NCBI RefSeq assembly: GCF_036321535.1
Contig: NC_087447.1
Coordinates: forward strand, 42,596,001-42,660,000
DNA from: Camelus dromedarius
Taxonomy: Eukaryota
Length of the DNA stretch: 64,000 nt
Direction of reading: 5' to 3'
Shown in pieces: positions 53,201 through 64,000 of this stretch; within the stretch, counting starts at the first letter, position 1; the number at the start of each line of letters is the position of its first letter. The translations under genes and the position numbers were made by a program. Under the pieces are notes generated by a model that was given only the letters and a program-made list of their open reading frames with translations, was not told the DNA's origin and searched no databases.

Positions 53201-56069
53201 GTCTGACAAAGTCTCTGTGTCAGGGCCCCTGGAAGGCGGGGGAGCCCAGGCACAGCCTAATTGCATCAGTGTTTCTCTCATAGGCTTTATGGTCCTCATT
53301 TCCTCCATTGCTACTAGCCCTTCGGCTCCTTCTTGCTGGCTGTGTGTCCTTGGGCAAATTAGTGAACCTCTGTGAGCCTGGCTTTGTAATCTATAAAACA
53401 GAAATGATAATAGTACTCACTTCACAGTATCAAGTGAGATAACCCATGTTAAGTGGTTGGCATATGGTAGTCCCTCGAAGATTTAACTGTATATGAGAGC
53501 AATCTTTTATCGTGGATCCGCAGTGTGTGAGAAAACACTTACTCCTAGAAATTTTATTTATATAAATGTATTTATTTAGAAAGGAAATATTTCTTTAGTT
53601 CAAGGAAATAAGAGAAGTTTGGGAAAGGGAAGGGTTGAATGAACCTCTCTAATGACATTCCACATAAATGTATTTTACTGATGATAGAAACAATTTTAAG
53701 TCTTAATATTTTTAGTATTTAAACAGTGTGGTTACTAGTCAACAGGAAACATTCTTTAGCTGTGACAGTGGTTGTCACAATCTAGAAATTATGGTTCTAT
53801 CACTACTCAGATAATACTACTATTCCACCTCAAAAGGTTTTCTGTCTTTTGTCCATTTATTCTAAATATAAAAAATGTAAAAAGACTTAAGCAATCAAAC
53901 TCTTAAACAATGAGCAACAGAATCAAGATTCATAATCATCTTAGTAGAATGAAATCAGCAGAATTAAGTTTTAACAGAGTTAAAAAATACATCCTGACTT
54001 TCATTTTTTAAAAATCTATTGCACTTTCACAGCGGGGGAGAACTTGGATAAACGGATGTTCATGTGTAGATGTTATTGGTTGGGATTTTGTTGATTGCAC
54101 GTTCTGTGTGTTGAAGTATCAAGGACTCTGTGTGTAGGCGATGTCAAATGCAAGGCGGGGATGTGCATAAAATTTGTGGAGCATCCAGAAAAGGGCAATG
54201 GTAGCCTGATTATTGTCTTCAGAGCTGCCATGTGGAAAGTGTTCTTTCTGGCATCAGAAGGCAAGCTTTTCCAATAGACGGAGGTTGAAGAGGGGCATGT
54301 CCTGACTCGGTTGGAGGGAAGCATCTGCTTTAAACCAGGGACTATACTAACTCCTGCAAAGAAGGTAGTATTGTTCATAATTTTACAGATGGAAAAGCTA
54401 AGGCTCAGAGTAGTATCAAGACAACTATTTAGCACAATTACATGGACTGTCTCAAATTCTCTTTAACTGGAGGTGAAAGGTGGGATGATCATTTCCTAGC
54501 AATATTTGAGAGAGACTTTGCATTGGGTGGAAGGTTGGATAAGGAGACTTCTGAAGTCATTTCTAATGTCAAAATTCTTTGATTCTAGGACATCTTTATT
54601 AAATGGCATTGTGAATCAAATGTTTCTTTTTGACTTGTTGCCATCACAACAAACATAGACTCAATCAGGACTGAAATTATGAGCTTTTTTTCTAGCTTTG
54701 AAGAGTGGCAGGCTCTTGTTCTCAAGAAATCAAAAAGCAGAGACAAGCTAGTCTGTGTGTTATAGCTTGGACCCCTCTGTCAGCTGCTACTTCTTCCTTC
54801 CACTATCAGTGCTTCCTGAGCTATGCTACTCTCTTATTTTATCCTTACTTGTCTGGCCAATGACCTACTGGCAGCTGTTTCTCACATGATGTCAAGCATG
54901 TGGGCATTGTGACAACTGTTTTCTCAAAGACCTTTTTATTCAAGGGTTGTGGTATGTTCCAGAAGACTGGGGCTGCCAGGTGCCTGACCAGAATGGAGAA
55001 AAGGCTGGATCTTTACCTGCTTTTAGGTAGTTACTTATCCTAAGGTTCTATCAGCCTGATGACTACAAGCCCTGTTCTTTCCTTTCTAGCACCTTTATCA
55101 CACTCTTTCCTGGACCTGTGTCCCTTCCCAACAAACTCCAGCCACCAAAATCAGAGAGGGGAAATCCTTGCAACGTTTTTACTGGAGCCAGAGTAGGCTC
55201 CCAATTTGTAATTAATACTGAAAACCTAATTCTCCACATACTCCAATGTTGACATACCCAAACTTTGCCAGTTGCCTTAAGCAGGAGAAATGGGTTGGGG
55301 ATAGGAGTGTGATTGATCTAGTAGAGATACTTGTGTTTGCCAGAGGAGAGACTTTGAGGACAGAGGGAGTGGGGACATACAATCTTCTGTCCTGTGAGCC
55401 TGGTTAACATTAATTTAACTTTGCTTTCATCATTTGGCAAACTAATATGGGATATCTTGGGATTCTGAAGTGCTGGACTCCTAAGATGCACTGGATGACC
55501 TTATACTTGGGAGGCTGCTGTAGTGGTTTTCATCTTACTTATTTTGAAAATGGGTAAGGACATGAGAATTTGATTGTTTCTAGGGCTGACCATATGAGGA
55601 AGCAATTACTCTGTTTTGAAAGTTCTACAGAAACTATCCCCCACGTGTCTGAGTTCACGATAGTTTCTCTGTTGTATACAGGAACCAGTTGGGGAATAGA
55701 AAGTCTATTAAAGTGAACAGGTTTCATAAAGACCAGTTTGATCACAGGAGTGTATGTTCTAAGATCTGAAGAAGTGCAGCCAGAGAGGAAGATCCAGCTG
55801 GGTAGGCCCCATGGAGAGTAGAATTTCAGAAATAAAAGCTTGTATTAGCAGGAAAGCAGAAGGCCAGGAATTGAAAAGACTGACAATTAAAGGGAAGGGA
55901 AAATGGGTGGGAATCCCAACATCAGCCTGAGTTGACTCCACCACTGGGATTTAGATCTGTCCATGTATACTAGAAGCCATGTGTTTAAGGGACTCAGAAG
56001 CATCTTGGGAAGAGCAAGCCAGGCAGACACATTTGGCCCCATAACAAAACTCCTGTTGACAACATCTTA

Positions 56070-59000
56070 TTAAAAATGGTGGACCGGAAATTTAGCTCCC
56101 TACTGAAACCTCACTAAAATGACAGTAAAGGAATGTTAAATGACATAAACCAATGAAGACAAAGAAAATGGGAGAAAATACAACAGCACCCAAGCAATGT
56201 CAGTGAAATCTTTGAAGCTGGAACACAAAAGACAAGTAACAACTGATGGAGCAGACCAGAGAAAGCAGAAACCTAAGCTCAGGAGGGGGCAGTCAGTGGG
56301 AGGCAATAATAATAATAAACAAGCAGATGTGTGCCACACAACCCCAGAAAAGATTGAGGAATTGAGGACAGCGGTTATCTGAAAAGCTATTGGTAAGGGT
56401 AAAGGGCTACAAAACAGGATGACTACTTGAAAGACTATAAAGTAAGTTAGACCTGAGATCCTCACCCCCTGTTCGTGTGTTTATCCCCTAGAGAAACTGA
56501 ACTAGTTGGAGCCACCAAGAACAACTGGCAGCTGAGAGGAGGCATCCTACTAAAATAGGGATTTAGGGTGCTCTTACCCTGACTTAGATCCCAGAACCTT
56601 GACACATGGCTGTTCTCTTAGGACAGTGCTTTCATTGCAGCCCTCTCAAGGTGGGTTTTTCTCCCCCAGTTCTATTACTGGTCCTAGAGATGGGGGCAGA
56701 TCATCCCCTTGTTCCTCATTACTGCTTGCAGACATTTCTCCCTCTGCCTTCCCTTAAAACTCCCCAGCTTTGAGTCTCATGCCATCAAATTATATCACTT
56801 ACATCCCTTCGTTGTTGCTATATCTATGAAATCTACAAGCCCTTGGGTCATCCCCACTCTTTTCCCAGTAAGTTTAGCTCTTGGCTCCTTTCACTCCCCT
56901 CAACACTACTCCAGATTTAATTCTTGGGATTTAATTATATTCAGCCCCTGACATACCGATTACTTGAAAAACAGTCTTCTACTGATTTTATCCTCCACCA
57001 TTCCCTGCTATTCTCTCCCAGAGTCATATCTTAGATCTTGTTATTTATTACCCAAAACGGGAACCCCTCCATGATCTCAGGCTCACGTGTCTGACTGTCT
57101 GACCACTGGCACTGTCTTCCAGCCATCTCGTGGCAACCTGATTCCAGCACTCCCTTGCTTATCACCTCACTGTCCCTAATGTCTCTGAGTTCCTCTCCTC
57201 CCTTCATAACCAACTTAAATCCCTTGGTCAGTAGTTATAATGATTCCCTTGCATATACTTTCAACTCAGTTTACCCTCTCTTTTTGTTGCACTCACTTCA
57301 CAAGACCACAACTGTAGTCAATGTAGTCAAAGCCAACTCTTTGCCTACACCTATGCCCCAGCCATGCTGACTGGTCTCACTTTAAATCCAAGACCATAAC
57401 TCTCAGGCCGTCAACACTGCCCAACAATCATATCTCCCTAATCATTCACCTTCCTAGTCTAGGTCAGGGGTTGGCAAACTTTTTCTGCAAATAGCCAGAT
57501 GGTAAGGATCTCAGGTTTTTCAGGTCACATAGTCTTTTTCACAAGTACTCTACTTTGCCACTGTAACAGGAAAGTAGCCAAAGGCAGTATGTAAATGAAT
57601 TCAATTTGAATTTTATGTAATTTTTACATGTCAGAATTTAGTATTCATCTTTAGTTTTTCTTTCCCAACCACTTAAAAGTATAAAAATTATTCTTACCTT
57701 GCAGACAGTACAAAAACAGGATTTGGCCACGGGGTGTAGTTTGCTGGGCTGTGTTCCTAAGTTATTTCACACCTTCTCTTTTCTTCTCCAGCCGCTAACA
57801 CTGCCTTCCCCATTCTCACTCTCAGATGATGGCCTTGCTTTCTACTTCATTCATGAAATAACCAGAATGTTCACCACTCCTAACACATCTCCTCTCTTGC
57901 ATGTATTCAGCTTTCCGTCCTGTTACCGTGTTACCACAGCGCAATACCTAAATTCTGTACAACTTATTGTGCTTATTGTTTTGTCTCCTCGATTGGAGTG
58001 TCAATTTCCAAGAGGGCAGAAAGTTTTGTCTGTTTTACACACTGATGTGCACCAAGTACCTAGAAGAGTGTTTGGCACAAAGTAAGTGCTCAAAAAACAC
58101 TTGATTGAACACTGGCTACCAGACCAGATGGCAGGAGTTTAGAGAACTTTTCTCCAGAGAAACCTACTTCTCCTTCCAAAAGAAAAAAACTACCTATCTT
58201 GACAGTTGGAAACCTCCTAGAATACCCTATGGTATTTTTTTCAAACTTGTTTGAGACAACTCCCACAATAAGAAATTCTCATTTTACGGAATTGACTGTA
58301 TATATAATGTATATGTGTGAATCTGTGAAAGCAAAGTTTCACAAAACAATCTCCTTTTTATGTGTGAGTCTGATACAGTATTTTCTGCTCTACTCTGTCA
58401 TTTGGGGAAAAAAAGTTGCTTGCAGGTGATAAAATTGATTTCTCAAACCAGTAATGGGTTTGCGACCAGAAGTTTGAAAAATACTTCAGTGTCTCCTACT
58501 AATTACAAGCCCTATGTTCACAAAGCTTCCAATCAGTTTTCTAATGCCTCCCTCTGCCATATAAATGAATAGCCAAGGATCTCCAGATATTTAAGAAAAG
58601 CTTCTCACACACACACACACACAAAAAAAGAAACAAAGGCTGAAAAACTCAACATAGACAATTCAAGAAACAAAACATTAGAAATATCCTCAGAGAAATA
58701 AGATACTGTATTCCCAGATGGAATGGAATGCCATTTAAAAAGGAGAGAGGGGTGGTCAGGAAAGTGCTCTAGAAGATTAAAAACACAGTAACAGAAATGT
58801 GAAAATTCAAAAGAAAGGTGGGATGATAGCAATCTTTCAGAAAAAACCAAAGAAGTAGAAATGGGGATGAAATGATAAAATTATTCTAGGACAAAACCTG
58901 TGCAGTGGGCTTAAAGAATAACCAGTCTAGAGTGCAGGAGGATGATGGACCCTGGGAAAGTTGTCTTTAATTTAAAAAATAAACTGATAGCCCTCTGATG

Positions 59001-59505
59001 TGTTTGAATGTATTGAGAGGAGAGTTTGAGATAAATTATAGATACTTGAATGCAAAATACTTAAGAAACATGGAAAAAGAGGCAATGGCTAACTTCAGTT
59101 AAAAAAAGGAAATGAAATCATATTATGCTGATTGGACCAACTATAAATAATATGTACACAATCATAATAATGTAAGGAATAGTAATTTACCTAAGTAAGA
59201 TGATACAGGTATATTGAGGGATGGAGGATGGAGAAATAATACATGTGTTTATCAGAGGGCATTGGAATATAAATACATAGCTTATTTCCTATAGTAAGAA
59301 GTAAAATAATAGCCCAAACTGAAAAATCAAGAACTAGTAGTATAAGCATATTATTAAGAAATATGGAGATAAATCCTAGAAGAGATAACTAAAAGATAAG
59401 AAAGAAGTTGTCTCTGGGGAGTAGAAATTCGGCGTGTAGAGGGCTGCGGCAGGGTCTGCTGTGAAATGCCAGTTGATTTTTTTTTAATGTACTGTATTGG
59501 TAAAA
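56070..59505 (+). mobile_element. HAL1-like element split by nested insertions: L2 about 56600-58105 (containing a MER58B-like element at 57465-57753) and a hAT-like MITE about 58230-58487
   Basis: HAL1-like 5' end (ctgaaacctcactaaaatgacagtaaagga) and 3' end (agttgtctctggggag...gcagggtctgctg). L2 terminus ctagaagagtgtttggcacaaagtaagtgctcaa. MER58 terminus caggggttggcaaact. Confidence 0.55.
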
Positions 59506-61154
59506 ATGGCAATGGATACAAGTAAAACAGTTATCTCATTTATTTGAAAATGCTAGCAGTCAGGAGGAAATGTTTTCCTTGGGTATTGTAAGACATAAGA
59601 TACTGGGAAACCAAGAATACTGATTTAGTAGCCTTCTGAAAGAAACTTTAAAAATTCTCCCTGCTTTGGTACTAAACCTTGTATTGCTTTATTTAATGGA
59701 TTCCAGTAACTTGTCAGCTCTTGCTGATACCAGCATCTCTAGGAACAGAGAGAACATTCTGGACTCATACCTTGTTACCATGGTGGGAGCCAGCAAGTGA
59801 TGGCATACCATACTTATGTGGCTCTACAGGTAGCAGCGGGGGGTGAGGGAAGGCAGAAAATCTCACTAAAGGGCGCTAAGTAGGAGGGAGCATCCTGCTG
59901 ATGCACGTGGTAAAGAAGAGGGCTCCTCTGAGACATTTACAGGGTATGCTCATAAATAACTAGAAGAACTTCTGGGTGAGTGTGTGTGTCCTGCTGTAAC
60001 CACTGGAGACACATTCCAAGGAAACCATCATCACTGACGCTGCGCATGATTCCATTTGTTCTCCTGGACTGCTGCGGCCTGGGCAACTGCTGAGTAGATC
60101 AGAAAGAATGAGGTGGAGATCTAAGAAAGAGGTGTCCAGAGAGCCATCTGAGCACTGGAGAGGCAAGGGGGTGAGGGACTGCAGACAGAGCTAGAAAAAC
60201 CTCGGACTCATACATTTGTCCCAGATGCATAAATTGTCACTTCTGCTTCCTAACCTTCTGACTTCCACACTTATATTTAGAGAAGGCTCCTCTTACTCTC
60301 CTGACCATGCCCCACTAGAGAATTTTACAGGCCTTAACAAAGAAGTGAGAGGGCTCAGGCCTGGTGGGAAGGTGCACCTGAAACTGTCATTCCTTAAGTG
60401 GAATAGAGTAGGGAACCTAATCACAGGGAAGCAAGGAAGAGTGGGTACTCAGTCTTGCCTTGTAAATAGAACAACTCTGATGTGACCTGAAGGTCTGCGA
60501 ATACCCTAGGCCAGAATTCTCCCCTCCTGCCTACTATGGTGCCCAGATCCCATCTGCACTTCTTTGGGCATCTCAGCATTGCCCTCTGATGGTCAGAGAG
60601 GAATGAAGTAGGATTCAATACCTGATTCTTGGAGACTAACAAGAGGAGCCTCTCCAATTTCCCTTTTCCAGGGCCCCACAAACTTTTATTGGTTTTTACT
60701 CTATCCCAGTCTCCAGGTACAAAGATAATAAACAAGGCCCTTGCTCTCAAAGCGTTTAAAATATTTTGGTAGAGGTTGGGAGTATGGAGGCAGATATGAA
60801 AAGATAATTTTATCATAATGGGTTAAGTTAGGAAAGAGATCTGTACAAACAGAAGGAAGTGCACCTAAGTCAGGGAAGGCTTTCTAGTTTAGAAGACCCC
60901 TGACCTAAGGGGAAGTAAGAGTTATCCAGGTGTGAGCGGGCAGAACAAGAACTGATGCCTCTACTTCCACTGAATCACCTAGAATTATATTGTTTAGCAA
61001 TGTATACCCCCACAAACCTCTGGCTCTAGCTGTGCCAATTCATCTCTGTCACCCCTCTCCTTACCCACGCCTGTGTCTTCACTAAGACTCCAGCCAGGCA
61101 ACCATCTTATGGTAACACTCCACTCGTGGCAGCCTCATCCTGTATTCTAGAATA

Positions 61155-61432
61155 GCTATGCCTAATATAAATACTAAATTTTCCAGTAGCTACATTTAAG
61201 AAGTAAAAAGAAACAAGTGAAATTATTTTAATAACATATTTTATTTAACCTAATGTATCCAAAAGATTTCAACCTTAATATAAAAACATTATTGAGATAT
61301 TTTATGTCTTCTGCATTGTCTTTGAAATCCAGTGTATATTTTATACTTACAGCATATCTCAATTCAGACCAGCCACACTTCAAGTGCTCAACTGCCCCAT
61401 GTGGCTAGTGACTACCATGTTGGACAGTGTAA
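61155..61432. mobile_element. hAT-Charlie MITE, MER33/MER3-like
   Basis: cagcatatctcaattcagaccagccacacttcaagtgctcaa...catgtggctagtgactaccatgttggacagtg. Confidence 0.8.
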
Positions 61433-62379
61433 CTATAATTCTGCCCAGACTTAGAGTACTTGGTGAAGCATTACTATATATTTCCTCTAAGTCTCTGTAC
61501 CCCCAATCAAGGCCCTTAGAAGAATTTTGAAGAAGGAAGGGAAGGCCTATGAGGTTTCAGCCAAAGAGTGAGCACTCCTTCAGATGCCAGACCTATACGA
61601 TTAACTCAAAACTGATCCCAGACTTGCTAATGAGACAGCTTTTAGCAATTGCAGATCCACAAGTACCTCACAGTCAGACACATTTGACCCCCGGTGTCTC
61701 TAGACTGCCTTCAGGCCAGCAGGACACCCACTAAGAAAACCTGATAATTAATGTGACAGCATCTTCTCAGGGAAGCCTGGAGGGGCCTTGGTGAAAGGTC
61801 ATCTAGTCCTGCCACTCTGGTTCTGGTTGGGACTGAGCACCACTTGCCATTTGGGACTGAAAGGGTCTAAATATATTTGGTGTAATATCAGATACCTTCT
61901 TGTTTTAGAGTTTAGCATCAACAAGGATCACATAGGAGAAACATACTGAGAAAATTCTGTTAGGAAAAGACCACATTTAAGTTTTGTTTAGAGGAAGAGA
62001 CACAGATATTCCATGAATGCAGAATTTGAAATCCATAGATAAAAGTTCAATCCCCTTTTATTGAGCCAAGAACCAGAGGCCCAGAAAAGGTAAGTGTTTG
62101 GACCAAGGTGATTCAACAAATCCAAAGTGATTCAACAAATCCGCAGAGGTTGTGATGAGCCCCTGCAGCCTTTCCACTACCTCCTACTGTCTCTACTAAC
62201 TGAAAAATATTTTAATTGGAGACATTGTGCCATCTCTAGGGTTCTCCTAAGTTACCTGCGTTGGATGACCCGCTCTGGGAAAGATCGGTCAGTGCTCCCC
62301 CAATTCTGACTTTGGGACCAGTCGCCCTAAACAGGATTGTAGCGCTACGATCCTCCACCTTCTGGAATCCTGGGCGGAG

Positions 62380-63620
<1,241 letters not shown>

Positions 63621-64000
63621 CCTCCCCAGCCCCGACAGCACCCACCTCAAACTTTACAGCCTTTCCAACTCTGAGAGCCTTTAACTTTCCGCCCTTAAGC
63701 TCTGACGGTCTACCGCCGCCCTCCACCAGCCTCACAGACTAACCGCCACCCTATTCCCCAAGCCAAAATGATAGGAAACCCCCATCTCATAGATGTCTTA
63801 CCTCTTAGGAACTAACGTTACCCTCAGCTCCTCCCTTCCCACTGTGGGAACTTGCTTCTCCCGGCAGCCTTCCTTCTTAGTAGGACCTACAGAGTTTCTC
63901 ACACCAGCCTGATATACTCACCTAACCCCCTCGAGGACCTCCTAGACCCTTTCTTGCCTTCTCTCTTTTTGATTATTTAGTGAGTCAGGGAGGATGCAAA

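Noticed and set aside
59863..59878. Additional CTCF-like motifs here and at about 6481-6496
   Set aside because: At least two mismatches at informative positions; cannot be supported without PWM or ChIP data.

Overview
Mammalian genomic DNA, probably camelid (inferred from three copies of a tRNA-Ala-derived SINE resembling camelid Vic-1). It covers the conserved SCUBE2-NRIP3-TMEM9B block, with all three genes on the + strand. I reconstructed the last 7 coding exons of SCUBE2 (9642-19420), the complete 7-exon NRIP3 CDS (31962-50228; 723 nt, 240 aa; retropepsin/DDI-like domain with intact DTG motif) and TMEM9B coding exon 1 (63201-63305). All have GT-AG boundaries and consistent phases. The rest is intronic or intergenic DNA rich in L2, MIR, L1/HAL1, MaLR LTR and DNA-transposon relics, plus two CpG-island promoters. 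Almost all ORFs in the supplied track are spurious. I found no convincing wholly new biological system. The best leads are: a full-length retroposed U1 snRNA copy in a short NRIP3 intron, with lesions at its functional sites; a likely unannotated upstream NRIP3 promoter and first exon; a CRE-TATA NRIP3 core promoter; possible loss of the proximal SCUBE2 poly(A) signal; and a candidate intergenic CTCF site. Gene and repeat names come from recognition without database searches, and repeat boundaries are approximate.
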